NCBI GenBank assembly: GCA_963826115.1
Contig: CAWGVS010000006.1
Span: 736,001 to 800,000 of the forward strand
DNA from: an uncultured Candidatus Rokubacteria bacterium
GTDB lineage: Bacteria > Methylomirabilota > Methylomirabilia > Rokubacteriales > DASRDR01
Length of the DNA stretch: 64,000 nt
Reading direction: 5' to 3'
Positions 9,927-21,201 of this stretch are shown here, piece after piece. Position numbers and translations under genes: made by a program. The first letter of the stretch is position 1. Each line of letters starts with the position of its first letter. Below the pieces are notes generated by a model, which did not search any database, was not told the origin of the DNA, and was given only the letters and a program-made list of their open reading frames with translations.

Positions 9927-10036
9927 GGGGCGGTCTCCTTCCTCTCGGGGGTTCTCCGCTACTCTAGCGCGCCGTTGCCGGGCCGTGCACCCGGCGCGGG
10001 CCGCGCCCGGCGCCTCGGTGGCGGAGCTGAGAGACG

Positions 10037-10108
10037 AGCCGGCGGATGATCCCGGCCCGGCGAGGGGGCTGGGCACCACGGCCTTTCGGGCCTCGACGGC
10101 CAGGCGAC
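10037..10108 (-). pseudogene. Decayed fragment of the HTH gene at 11292-11575
   Basis: Encodes RLAVEARKAVVPSPLA..IIRRL versus RLTVEARKAVAASPLARREIIRRL. Confidence 0.6.
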
Positions 10109-10292
10109 CGGCCGCGTGGTGGGTGGGGCGTCCGTCGGGGTATGATCCGCGGGCCCAACTCCTGACCTCCCGGCGCGCCCTCCAGGCAGCGGGGATGGCG
10201 CCGGGATCTCGACCCCGAGCACGCCGGAGGCGGCGCCCGGTCCGTCGCCCGGCCGCGTCCGCCACCGCTGCCGCCATGGGAGGAGCGAGGCC

Positions 10293-11120
10293 ATGCGTAT
10301 CGGAGGCCGGATCGTCCTCGGGCTCGCGGTGATCGGTGCGCTGGAAGCGGCGGCGTGGGCCGATACCCTGAAGTGCGATCGGATCAACAGCGTGCCCACG
10401 GTCATCAGCAGTCCCGGGGTGTACTGCCTGGACCGTCACCTCACCACGGGCATCGCGAGCGGAGCCGCGATCGTCATCCAGAGCAACAACGTGACGCTGG
10501 ACCTCGCCGGCTTCACCCTCGCCGGGACGGCCGGCCCCGCGGGCGCCGCCTTCGGCATCCAGGCGGTGGGCCGGCGGAACGTCACGATCCGCGACGGCAC
10601 GGTGCGGGGCTTCGAGGAGGGCATCTCGCTGAGCGGCGGCGCGAACAACGTCGTCGAGCGGATCCGAGCCGAGCGGAACACGCTGCGCGGGATCGGGAAC
10701 GTGGGGGGCGAGCGCAACATCGTCCGCCAGAGCCAGGTGTTCGACACGCCCGGGCGCATGGTCGGCCCGACGTTCTTCTCGCCGTCGGCGCTCGCGGCCG
10801 GCGGGACCGGAAGCCGGGCCATCGACAACGACGTCTTCGGGTTCCCCAGCGCGGCCGGGGCCAACGGGGTGGGGATCGCGGTGGGCGGGCTGGGCGTGGT
10901 GGTCGAGGGCAACCGCGTCGGCAATCCGAAGGACGCGGGACCCAGCATCGGCATCGCCGTGGACCCGGGCTCCGAGCACGTGCTCGTGATCGGCAACCGC
11001 ATCACGACCGTCCACACCGGCGTGCTCGCGGACCTCTTGACGCGGTGCCGAGACAACTCCTTCGCCGGCATCACCGGCCTGCTCATGGACAGCTGCGCCG
11101 ACGCGGGGGGCAACAACTGA
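10293..11120 (+). CDS. Secreted right-handed parallel beta-helix (pectin-lyase-like) protein
   Basis: Signal peptide; ISSPGVYCL, NVTLDLAGFTL, NVTIRDGTVRGF, repeated GI/N-ladder strands. Confidence 0.85.
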   Translation: MRIGGRIVLGLAVIGALEAAAWADTLKCDRINSVPTVISSPGVYCLDRHLTTGIASGAAIVIQSNNVTLDLAGFTLAGTAGPAGAAFGIQAVGRRNVTIRDGTVRGFEEGISLSGGANNVVERIRAERNTLRGIGNVGGERNIVRQSQVFDTPGRMVGPTFFSPSALAAGGTGSRAIDNDVFGFPSAAGANGVGIAVGGLGVVVEGNRVGNPKDAGPSIGIAVDPGSEHVLVIGNRITTVHTGVLADLLTRCRDNSFAGITGLLMDSCADAGGNN

Positions 11121-11192
11121 CGCTGCGCGCTTTCGGGACGTTCGAGGGCCAGCCGGGACGGTGTGAGGCCGGCGCCGGTTGGTCTCGTCGCG

Positions 11193-11276
11193 CCAGGCCG
11201 CGACGGGCGCGCGCGCCTCGAGGAGGCGCCGCGCGCGCTCCATGGCCTGGTCGATGCGCTTCTGGGAGTCCTCGAC
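11193..11276 (-). pseudogene. Remnant of the C-terminus of the alpha/beta hydrolase at 9171-9926
   Basis: DSQKRIDQAMERARRLLEARAPVAAW aligns with DSPEHIDEVVEHARRFLRAHVPVTA. Confidence 0.6.
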
Positions 11277-11291
11277 GGGTGGCCGGTCCGG

Positions 11292-11575
11292 CTAGGCCGT
11301 CTTCGTCCGGACCACGAGATCCACGTGACGGTCGAGGACCTGGAGGAGCCGGAGCACCTGGTCGACCGACTTCCGGTAGTTGGTCTGATCGAGCAGACGG
11401 TAGAGCTGGGTGGGGGACGTGCCGAGCCGGCGAATGATCTCTCGCCGCGCCAGAGGGCTCGCGGCGACGGCCTTCCGGGCCTCGACCGTGAGCCGGTAGA
11501 GCAGGGCGTCGCGGAGGTAGCCGGGGTCCCGGTTGTACTCGAGCACGTCATCCACGTGAACCGTGCCCCGGCTCG
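11292..11575 (-). pseudogene. XRE-type HTH (antitoxin-like) gene, probably 5'-truncated
   Basis: REIIRRLGTSPTQLYRLLD...KSVDQVLRLL HTH; frame continues upstream (GTVHVDD) with no RBS or start. Confidence 0.6.
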
Positions 11576-11641
11576 TTCACGCGCTGTATCGATTCAGGAC
11601 CAGCGGCGATGCAGAGTGCGGGCAGCGCCGCAGCGCGCGGG

Positions 11642-12710
11642 TCAGCGGAGCGCGCGCATGATGCGGGCCCAGTCCTCGATCGCGCGCTCCTGGCCGGGGA
11701 CGAGCTGGACGGCGAACTGCGTGTACCCGGCGTCGCGCAGGGCGGCGAGCCGGTCCGTGAGCGCGGCCTCGGTGCCCGTGAACGTGGTCTCGCGGATCAG
11801 CGCCGGGGTGACGAAGCGCCGCTCCTCCGGCTTGACGAAGACCAGGTGGCCGCGGTGGTTCATCAGGTAGCGGGCGTCGGCCGGCTCGAAGCGCCGCGCG
11901 ACCTCGACGTAGCCGGCGACCTCCTCCGCGACGGCGGCCGGGACCGGCGACGTGTTCGGCAGCCCCGCCAGCGCCTCGTCGGCGGCGCGGTGGAGCAGCA
12001 CCGCGGCGCGCGGACCGGCCTGGGCCATGGCCCGCGGCGAGTCGTAGGGCTCGCCGTCGGCGAGCACGCAGCCCAGCGCGAAGGCGACGGCGGAGAGCGG
12101 GGCGGTGTGGCCCGCCGCGCTCCACGCCGCGCGCATCTGGGCGAGGGCGCGGAGACCGCCGTCGAGACCCGCCACGAAGTAGAGCCACCCGGCCTCGAGC
12201 CGGGCCGTCAGCGCCTGGGCGCGGGGGCCGTACGCGGAGACGTGCAGCGCGATCGGGTCCCGCGTGTTGATCAGGCCGAGCTCGGGGTTGAGGAAGCGGA
12301 TCTTCCGGCGGTGGCCCTCGATCTCCGTCTCCACCGTCTCCTCGCGCAGGAGGGCGTAGACGGTGTGGATGTACGCCTCGAGGTCCGCGAGGCGCATGGC
12401 GCCGAGGCCCATCGCCCGCCGACCGGTGAAGCCGGTGCCGACGCCGAAGTCGATGCGCCCGGGGGCGAGCTTGTTGAGCGAGGCCAGCCCGGAGGCGGTG
12501 ACCGGCGGCGATCCGGTTCGTGGGGATCAGCACGCCCGTGCCGAGGCGGATGCGCGACGTCTTCACCGCCGCGGCGCCCATGGCCACGAAGCAGTCGGCG
12601 CACAGCATCTGCGAGTCGTAGAACCAGGCGTGGGTGAAGCCGAGCTCCTCGGCGCGCTGCACCACCTTCCAGCTGTCGGCGCTCGTCGCCACCGCGATGC
12701 CGAAGTCCAT
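11642..12710 (-). CDS. LLM-class flavin-dependent oxidoreductase (frameshifted ~12490-12515)
   Basis: AEELGFTHAWFYDSQ, TSRIRLGTGV, LAPGRIDFGVGTG across frames. Confidence 0.88.
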
Positions 12711-12721
12711 GCCGACGCTCC

Positions 12722-13533
12722 TTACAGGTACGCCGCGTTGGCCTGGTAGCCGAGGCGAAACGACACGCGGGCGGCGGCCTCGACGACGCGGGGGAGGACC
12801 CGCCGGCGGAAGGCCTCGGTCATGCGGGTCTTGCTGCCGCTGACGCTGATCGCGGCCACGACCTCGCCCGCGCGGTCGCGGATCGGCGCGGCCATGCACA
12901 CGACGTCGGCGCGCCGCTCCTCGCGATCGATGGCGTAGCCCTGGGCGCGGACGGCGGCCAGCTCGGCCTCGAGGCGCGCGAAGTCGGCGATCGAGTGCCG
13001 CGTGTAGGGGCGCCAGCCGTGGCGCTCGATCGCGGCCCGCGTCTCGGCCCACGGGCGGTGGGCCAGGAGCGCCTTGCCGAGCGAGGTGCAGTGGGCGACG
13101 GCGCGCCGGCCGAGGGCGGTGTACATGCGGGGGACGGCCTTCGGCGCCGCGTGGGCGAGGTGGAGCACGTCGCCGTCGAGCAGCACCGCGAGGTTGGTGA
13201 GGAGGTTCACCTCGTCGCGGAGGCGGTCCATCTCGTCGAGGGCGTGCTTGCGCACCTCGATCTGGTTGAGGGCGATGCCGGCGAGCTCGATCACCCGGAG
13301 GCCGAGCCGGTAGCCGCCCCGCTGGTTGCGGACGAGGAGCCCCGCGTCCTCCAGCGTCGCGACGTACCGGTAGACCGTGCTCGCGTTCAGGTCGAGCCGC
13401 GCGGCCAGCTCGGCCAGTCCGAGCTGGGGTTCCTCGGCGCTGAAGCAGGTGAGGACGAGCGCGGCGCGCTCGATCGTCTGGCTGCGCGCGCGGCGACCCG
13501 ACGCATGGCGTCGCCGTTCGTCGCCGCGACCAC
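12722..13533 (-). CDS. IclR-family transcriptional regulator (start uncertain, likely indel ~13490)
   Basis: SQTIERA, LAELAARLDLNASTVYRY, HCTSLGKALLA, GYAIDREE, AAISVSG. Confidence 0.93.
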
Positions 13534-13590
13534 GTCCGTTCCCTGCCGGCCCATCGCTCGCCCCATCGGCTCGGCGACAGTAGTCGAGAG

Positions 13591-13605
13591 TTGCGCTATG
13601 CGCAA
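13591..13605. promoter_or_regulatory. Palindromic operator, probable IclR site
   Basis: TTGCGC-TAT-GCGCAA between divergent iclR and the catabolic operon; TTGACA at 13620-13625. Confidence 0.65.
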
Positions 13606-13665
13606 GTGATGATTCGACATTGACAAGTATCACGATCGGGTGGGAGACTCCGGCCGGTTCCACCC

Positions 13666-14622
13666 ATGGCCCCGTCGACGCCCTCCCCGCCCCGAGCCGA
13701 GACCCGCCACGACTCGAAGCAGATGCGGGGGGTCTACACCATCCCGGTCACGCCCTTCGACCGGGACGGCGCGCTCGACGAGGCGTCGCTCCGCCGCTGC
13801 GTCGAGTTCTGCGTGCGCGCCGGCGCCCACGGCCTCGTCGCGCCCGTCAACGCGAGCGAGTTCACCAGCCTGACCGACGCCGAGCGGATGCGCGTCGCGG
13901 CGGTCGTGGTCGAGACGGCCGGCCGGCGGCGGCCGGTGGTCATCGGCGTCTCCGGCACGAGCGCGCGCCACGCGGCGCAGTTCGCGCGCGACGCCCGCCG
14001 GATCGGCGCCGACGCGGTGATCGCCATGCCGCCATACGTGCGGAAGGCCGCCGGCGAGGAGGTCGTCGAGTACTTCCGGACCGTCGCGGGCGCGGCCGAG
14101 CTGCCGGTGTTCATCCAGAACTACCAGGCGCCGGTCGGCACGCCGCTCAACGCCGCCTTCCTCGCGCGGATCGTCAAGGAGGTGGACGGCGTCGAGTACG
14201 TCAAGGAGGAGACGCTGCCGGCGGGCCACGTGATCACCGAGGTCTTCCGTCAGGCCGGGCCCCGGCTCCGCGGCGTCATGGGCGGCATGGCCGGGCGGTT
14301 CCTCCTGGACGAGCACCGCCGCGGGATCTGCGGGACGATGCCGGCCTGCGAGGTGACCGACGTCCACGTCCAGCTCTGGGACGCCCTCGAGGCCGGCGAC
14401 GACAAGCGCGCGCGGGCGATCTACCAGCGGCTCCTCCCGCTCCTCACGATCGAGTGGCTCTACGGCGCCTCGGTCTACAAGGAGGTGCTGCGCCGCCGCG
14501 GCGTGATCCAGTCGACGGTCACGCGCGACGCCGGGCTCCACAAGCTCGACGAGTTCGACCACAAGGAGCTCGACGCGATCCTGGCCGACGTGGGCGAGCT
14601 GTTCACGGCGACGGCGCCGTGA
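13666..14622 (+). CDS. Dihydrodipicolinate synthase/N-acetylneuraminate lyase family aldolase or dehydratase
   Basis: IPVTPFD, ASEFTSLTDAER, IQNY, YVKEE Schiff-base Lys. Confidence 0.9.
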   Translation: MAPSTPSPPRAETRHDSKQMRGVYTIPVTPFDRDGALDEASLRRCVEFCVRAGAHGLVAPVNASEFTSLTDAERMRVAAVVVETAGRRRPVVIGVSGTSARHAAQFARDARRIGADAVIAMPPYVRKAAGEEVVEYFRTVAGAAELPVFIQNYQAPVGTPLNAAFLARIVKEVDGVEYVKEETLPAGHVITEVFRQAGPRLRGVMGGMAGRFLLDEHRRGICGTMPACEVTDVHVQLWDALEAGDDKRARAIYQRLLPLLTIEWLYGASVYKEVLRRRGVIQSTVTRDAGLHKLDEFDHKELDAILADVGELFTATAP

Positions 14623-14632
14623 CGGGCGCGCC

Positions 14633-15808
14633 GTGAAGGTCACCGACCTCCGCACCGTCGTCGTCGGGAACCCCTGGAAGAACTGGCTCTTCGTGGTCCT
14701 CGAGACCGACGAGGGGCTCACGGGGCTCGGGGAGGGGACGCTCGGGCTCAGCACCCAGCCGGTGCTGGGCGCGCTCGCCGAGCTCAAGCGGTTCGTGATC
14801 GGCCAGGACCCGCTCCGGATCGGCGCCCTCTGGGACGCGATGGCCCGCGGCTGGTACCTGCCGACCGACGCCGTCCACGTGACCGCGATGAGCGCGGTGG
14901 AGATCGCGTGCTGGGACCTCCTCGGCAAGAGCCTGGGCGTCCCGCTCCACCGCCTGCTCGGCGGCGCCGCCCGGGACCAGGTGCCCGTCTACGCGAACGG
15001 CTGGTACCGCGGCCGCCGGACGCCGGAGGACTTCGCGACGCGGGCGCGCGAGGTCGCGCGGCAGGGGTTCCGCGGGCTCAAGTTCGACCCGTTCGGCGCC
15101 GCCCACGGCGACGCTCGACGTCCGGGAGGAGGCCCTGTCCCTCGAGATCGTCGCGGCCGTGCGCGAGGCCGTGGGCCCCGCGTCGAGCTGATGATCGAGG
15201 CCCACGACCGGTTCGACGTGCCCACGGCGATCCGCGTCGGGCGGGCGCTCGAGCCCCACCGGATCGCGTGGTACGAGGCGCCGGTCCACTCGACCGACCT
15301 CGAGGCCCTGGCCCGCGTGGCCGGCGCCGTGCCCGTGCCGGTCGCGGCGGGGGAGCGGCTCAGCCAGCCCGCCGACTTCGCGCGCCTCGGCCGGAGCCGG
15401 ACGGTCCTGATCTGGCAGCCCGAGACGCTCTCGATCGGCGGCGTGTCCGGGATCCAGCAGGTCTCGGCGATCGCCGCCGCGTACGGCGCGACGATCGCGC
15501 CCCACAATGCGCGGGGCCCGGTCTGCACCGCCGTCAACGCCCACCTCGCCGCGTGGCTCCCGAACCTCCGCGTCCAGGAGTACTTCGTCGAGGGCGCGGT
15601 GCCGATGGCCTTCGAGGTGCTCCGCGGCGCGCCGCGCGCGGTCGACGGCGTGCTGACCGTGCCCGACGGCCCGGGGCTCGGCGTGGAGCTCGACGAGGCT
15701 GCGGCCGCCCGCTACCCGTATCGCGCCGACCACTTCATGCACTTCTTCGAGCCGGGCTGGGAGCAGCGCTTCGACGACGACGCGCCCGGCGGCGCGGGAC
15801 GGCGATGA
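14633..15808 (+). CDS. Mandelate racemase/galactonate dehydratase-like enolase-superfamily enzyme (compensating indels ~15110-15180)
   Basis: SAVEIACWDLLGK.LGVP, VYANGW, KFDPF, IEAH, YEAP, AAGER, APHN. Confidence 0.9.
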   Translation: MKVTDLRTVVVGNPWKNWLFVVLETDEGLTGLGEGTLGLSTQPVLGALAELKRFVIGQDPLRIGALWDAMARGWYLPTDAVHVTAMSAVEIACWDLLGKSLGVPLHRLLGGAARDQVPVYANGWYRGRRTPEDFATRAREVARQGFRGLKFDPFGAAHGDARRPGGGPVPRDRRGRARGRGPRVELMIEAHDRFDVPTAIRVGRALEPHRIAWYEAPVHSTDLEALARVAGAVPVPVAAGERLSQPADFARLGRSRTVLIWQPETLSIGGVSGIQQVSAIAAAYGATIAPHNARGPVCTAVNAHLAAWLPNLRVQEYFVEGAVPMAFEVLRGAPRAVDGVLTVPDGPGLGVELDEAAAARYPYRADHFMHFFEPGWEQRFDDDAPGGAGRR

Positions 15809-17080
15809 CGACGATCCGGCTGCCGTGGGGCGCGTGGTACGGCGACGAGACGCGCGAGCTCGCTCGTTCCCGACCGCTGGCGGGTGACGGTGCCGCCGGC
15901 GCCGTCCGCGCCGGCCCTGTCCGAGGCGGCGCTCCGCCGGGCGCTCGCGACGCCGATCGGGAGCCCGCCGCTCCGCGAGCTGGCGCGCGGCAAGCGGTCG
16001 GCGGCGATCGTCGTCGACGACCTCACGCGCCCGACGCCGGCGAGCGTCATCCTGCCGCTCGTGCTCGACGAGCTGCGGGCGGGCGGCATCGAGGCCGGCG
16101 CCGTGCGCGTCCTGCTCGGCTTCGGCGGCCACCGGGCGCTCGGGCGGCCGGAGCTCCTCCACAAGCTCGGGCCGCTCGCCGACGACCTGACCGTCATCAA
16201 CCACACGCCCTACGAGCACCTCGTGGCGTTCGGGACCACGACGGCCGGCACGCCGGTGTTCATCAGCCGCTGGTACGCGGAGGCGGAGCTCCGCGTGACG
16301 ATCGGCTGCGTGGAGCCCCATCCCGCGCTCGGCTGGAGCGGCGGCGCCAAGCTCGTCGTCCCGGGCCTGGCCGGGATCGAGACGATCGCCGCCAACCACC
16401 GCCCGGGCCACCTGGCGCGCGGCATCCTCGCCCCCGACGACAACGCCCAGCGACGGGACGTCGAGGAGGCGGTGCGGCGGGTCGGCCTCGACCACATCGT
16501 GAACGTGGTCATCGCGGGCCGGCGCGAGGTCGTCGGGCTCTTCGCGGGCGACATGGTGGCGGCCCACCGCGCGGCCGCCCGCTTCGCCGAGCCGCTCTAC
16601 CACACGCCGGTCGGCGCGCCGGCCGACGTCGCGCTCTTCAACGCCTACCCGAAGGACACGGAGCTTCTCCAGGCGAACAACGCGCTGAACGCCGCGCTGG
16701 CGGCGCGGACGGCGCTCCTCCGCGAGGGCGGCGTCGCCGTCGTGGCGACGGCCGCTTCCGAGGGCCCGGGCTACCACGCCCTCTACCAGCCCGGGGCGCG
16801 CTACTACGAGCGGCCGGCGCATCGCTACGTCGCCGACCGGCCCGTGACGGTGTACTGCCCGCACGGGCGCGCGGCGGACCTGCCGCCGTCGTTCCCCGCC
16901 GGCACCACGCTCCACCGCGCGTGGGCGGACGTGGTCCGGTGGGTCGAGTCACGCGTCGGCCTCGAGCCGGCCGTGACCGTCTTCACCGAGGGGCCGCTCC
17001 AGATTCCGATCGCCGCCGGCCGTCACGCCGCCGCCGGCGCGCAGGACCGCGCGCCGCTCGCGGACAGTCACGCCCGGTAG
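15805..17080 (+). CDS. LarA (lactate racemase)-family nickel-pincer enzyme; indel ~15862
   Basis: VDDLTRPTP, GGHR, VEPH, SGGAK, ANH, YPKD motifs. Confidence 0.85.
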
Positions 17081-17132
17081 GGCGAACACCCGGAAAGGAT
17101 TCGAGCCACGACGACGTCGCCTGGCCACGGCC

Positions 17133-17968
17133 GTGATTGACGCGCCGGCGGGTGCCCGCGCCGCGGGCCGGTTCGACCTTGGGGGCCGGACCGCGCTCGT
17201 GACCGGCGCCAGCCGCGGTATCGGGCGCGCGATCGCGATCGGCCTGGCCGAGGCGGGCGCCGACGTCGTGGTCCACTACCAGAACGCCGCCGAGGCCGCC
17301 AAGGACTGCGCGCGCGCGATCGAATCCGCGGGGCGCCGCGCCTGGATCGCCGCCGCCGATTTCACCCGCGCCGGCAGCGGCGCCGCGCTGGCCCGCCAGG
17401 CGCTGGGCATGGCCCCGCAGCTCGACATCCTGGTCCTGAACGCCGGCGGCGGGATGCGCCAGGCCTTCGTCGACGTGACCGCCGAGGGATTCCTGGCCCA
17501 GGCCCACGCCAACTTCCTCGCGGGGTTCGAGCTCCTCCAGGCGTGCCTGCCGCCGATGGCCGCGCGCGGCTGGGGCCGCGTGGTGACGATCGGCAGCGTG
17601 CAGCAGGTGCGGCCGAACCCGGCGCTGTCGGTCTACGCGGCGATGAAGTCGGCGCAGCTCAACCTCGTCGTCAACCTCGCGAAGCAGTACGCGCGCCACG
17701 GCGTGACGGTCAACAACGTCGCCCCGGGCATGATCGCGACGGACGCCACGGCCCCGCAGCTCGCGCAGGAGGCGACGCGCGCGGCGCTCCTGGACGAGAT
17801 CCCGCGCGCAGCATCGGCGAGCCCGCCGACTGCGTCGGCCCGGTGGTGATGCTGTGCTCCGAGGCGGGCCGCTACGTGACCGGCGTCGACCTGTTCGTCG
17901 ACGGCGGCATGCACCTGCCCGGCCGCGCGGCCTTCATCGGCGCCGACGGGCGCCTGGCGCCGTCATGA
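17133..17968 (+). CDS. SDR-family oxidoreductase; indel ~17805
   Basis: TGASRGIG, YAAMK, NNVAPG, VTGVDLFVDGG. Confidence 0.92.
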
Positions 17969-18859
17969 TCGCGAGCGGCGCCATGGACTACGCGGCGACT
18001 CCGCCCCGGCGGCGGCGCGGCAGCTTCGAGCGCCGGCTGTTCATGCCGGCGTTCGTGTTCGTGGTCGTGGTCTCGTTCGTGCCGTTCGTCTACGCGCTGG
18101 TGCAGAGCCTGCACCGGTCGGACTTCCTGGACCTGGGCCGCTTCGTCGGCTTCGGCAACTACGTCGACTTCCTGACCGACCGGCCGGGCATCGGGAAGAC
18201 GCTGATCTTCACCGCGGGATGCCTGGCTGGTCACCCTGCCGCTGGGCGTCCTGTTCGCGCTCCTGCTGAACGAGATCGGGCGCGGCCGCGAGCTGATCCG
18301 CACGATCCTGATCGTGCCGTGGCTCCTGTCCGGCGTGGTGACCGGGCGCATCTGGGCCTGGGTGCTGAACGGAGACCTGGGGCCGCTCGCCCACCTCCTG
18401 CGCGGCTTCGACGTCCGCATGCCGAACGCGGTCACGAGCCCCGCGCTGGCCATGCCCGCCGTGATCGTCGCCCACTCGTGGTCGGCCTATCCCCTGGTCA
18501 TGGTGCTGACGCTGGCGGCGCTCCAGACGATCCCGAAGGAGGTGCTGGAGGCCGCGCGCATCGACGGCGCGGTGGGTCTCCGCCGCTTCCGGTACATCGT
18601 CTTCCCGCTGATCCGCAACACCGCGCTGGTGCTGACCGTGCTGACGTCGATCCACGCCTTCAACCACGTGACGCTCGTGTTCGTGATGACGGGCGGCGGA
18701 CCGGTGGGCAGCACCGAGGTGATGGCGCTGCGCGTCTTCATGGAGGGCTTCCGCTTCTACCACCTGGGGATCGCGTCGGCGGGCGCGGTGCTCATGTTCC
18801 TGCTGAACATCGCGTTCACCTTCGCCTACGTCCGCGTGCTGCGGACGGATCGCGCGTGA
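17965..18859 (+). CDS. Carbohydrate ABC transporter permease (indels ~18215-18230)
   Basis: FVGFGNY, EAARIDGA loop, TGGGP..STEV. Confidence 0.92.
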
Positions 18860-19690
18860 TGCAGGGCGGCGGGGCCGGGTCACCGGCTGGGCGTACGCGA
18901 TCCTGCTGGCGGGATGCGCCTTCGCCCTGATCCCGATCCTGTGGGCGCTGTCGACCTCGCTGAAGGACATCGCCGACGCGACGGCCTATCCGCCGAAGTG
19001 GATCCCGGAGCGCCCGACCCTGGCGAACTACCGCGTCGATCCTGTTCAGCGACCGCTACGTCCAAGTACCTCGTCAACACGCTCCTGGTCGGCGCGGGCG
19101 CGGTGACGCTGAGCCTCTGCATCGCGGCGCCCGCCGCCTACGCGGCGGCGCGCGGCCGGTTCGCCGGCAAGGACTCGATGCTGTTCGTGCTGTGGGCGAC
19201 CATCATGATGCCGGGCGCGGCGATCATCGTGCCGCTGTACCTCGTCACGGTCTGGGTCGGGCTCTACGACACCTATGCCGGGCTGGTGATCGTGTACAGC
19301 GCCGCGATCGTCCCGACGCTGGTGTGGCTCCTGCGCGGGTTCGTCCAGGGCGTCTCGCCCGACCTCGAGCAGGCGGCGATGATCGACGGCTGCGGCCGCT
19401 GGGGCGTGTTCTGGCGCATCACGCTGCCGCTGGTCCGGCCGGGGCTGATCGCCGGCGCGATCTTCGCGTTCGTCACCGTGTGGAACGAGTTTCTGATCGC
19501 CTTCAGCCTCACCCTGCGCGACGAGCTGCGCACGATCCAGGTCGGCATCTACTTCTTCATCACCGACGTCGGGATCGAGTGGGGCCGGATGATGGCGGCG
19601 GTGATCGCGTCGATCGTGCCGATCGTCGCCCTGTACGCGCTCTTGCAGCAGCGCTTCGTCGAGGGCATGACCGGTGCGATCAAGGAGTGA
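18859..19690 (+). CDS. Carbohydrate ABC transporter permease (several indels in the 5' third)
   Basis: PTLANY, LEQAAMIDG, WNEF, QQRFVEGMTGAIKE. Confidence 0.9.
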
Positions 19691-19754
19691 GGGGAGCGGC
19701 CGGCCGCGCGCGGCGGCCGCCATGACCGGACACCAGGAGGGAAGGGAGGCCACG

Positions 19755-21022
19755 ATGACCATGCTGAAGCGGCTGAGCGTCGCGCTGGTGGCGCTGATGC
19801 TGCGCTGCCCTGGACCGCCGGGGCGCAGACCACGACCATCGAGTTCTGGAGCTTCATCGACCCGGCCGGAGCCAACGTCCGCTCGAAGACTCTCGCGTAC
19901 ATCATCGAGACCTTCGAGAAGGCCAACCCGGGCATCAAGGTGAAGACGACCGTCGTGCAGTGGGACCAGATCTCGAGCCAGCTCCTCCGCGCCGACAAGG
20001 CGGGCGCGGTCCCCGACGTCGTGATGCTCTACTCGCCGAACATCCAGGCGAACCTGCAGGCGGGGAACCTGATGGTGCTCGACAAGTACCTCTCGGCCTG
20101 GCCCGAGGCGGACCGCAAGGACATCATCATGCTCAGCGTCGCCAAGAAGGACGGCAAGGTCTACGCCCTGCCGTGGGAGCTGCGGGTGCTGGGCATGGCC
20201 TACAACGCCAAGGCGCTGCGCGAGCGCAACATGCCGGTGCCCGGCACGCTCGACGAGCTGGCGACCGAGGCCTCGGCGCTGACCAAGGAGGGTCTGGTCG
20301 GGCTCGCCTTCGGCTTCAATCCGGCGGACGCGACGGGCTCGGCGGAGTGGTTCATCCCGACGCTCAGCGGGATGGGCGCCAAGGTCCTGAACGACGACGG
20401 CACCGCGGCGTTCGACAGCCCCCAGGCGCGGAAGCTCGTGCAGTACATCTACGACCTGGTCCACAAGTACAAGGCGGTCACGATGGACGTGGCGCTGTCG
20501 GGCGACGAGGCGATCCAGCAGATGGCCGAGTCCGGGCGGGCCGTGTTCGTGCGCACGGGCACCCACCGGATCGCCGCCATGCGGGAGAAGTCCAAGCTGG
20601 GGAACGACCTCCAGTTCATGCCGGTCCCGAGCTTCGAGAAGGGCAAGCGCTCGCCGGCGCTCCTGCAGGGCTGGCACGCCGCGGTCCCGGCCAAGGCGAA
20701 GCACGCCGACGCGGCCTTCAAGTTCATCGAGCACTGGGTGTCGAAGGACATCCAGAGCTACCAGTCCCAGAGCGCGGGCTACCTGCCGACGCGCGAGAGC
20801 GTGGCGAAGTCGGACGTGTTCAACACTCCGGAGCGGCAGTACGTGCGCGATGCGATCGTCTGGGCGCACCAGGATCCCTTGAACTTCAGCTGGCCCGCCA
20901 AGTCGGACTACCTGATCAACGTGCTCGCCCGCATGTTCGAGCAGGTCGTGACCCAGAAGATGCAGATCCCCGACGCGCTCAAGTGGGCCGAGGTCGAGTA
21001 CAACAAGCAGATCAAGCAGTAG
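19755..21022 (+). CDS. Sugar ABC transporter substrate-binding protein (indel ~19805)
   Basis: GGAGG RBS, signal peptide, IEFW, FEKANPGIKV, DGKVYALP. Confidence 0.9.
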
Positions 21023-21201
21023 CGCGCCGCCCGCGGCGCCGCGACGACTGAGGACGGCGAGGGGCTGGCCGCACCGGGCGGCCCGGGCCCCTCGCCGGGC
21101 TTCAGCCGCGCCCGGGGCCGTGGATGACGCGTCGACAGCCCGGCCACGCGCGACCTGAAGCGCGCGGCCCCGAGCGGCTCGCCCGCGCACGGAGTGTCGC
21201 G

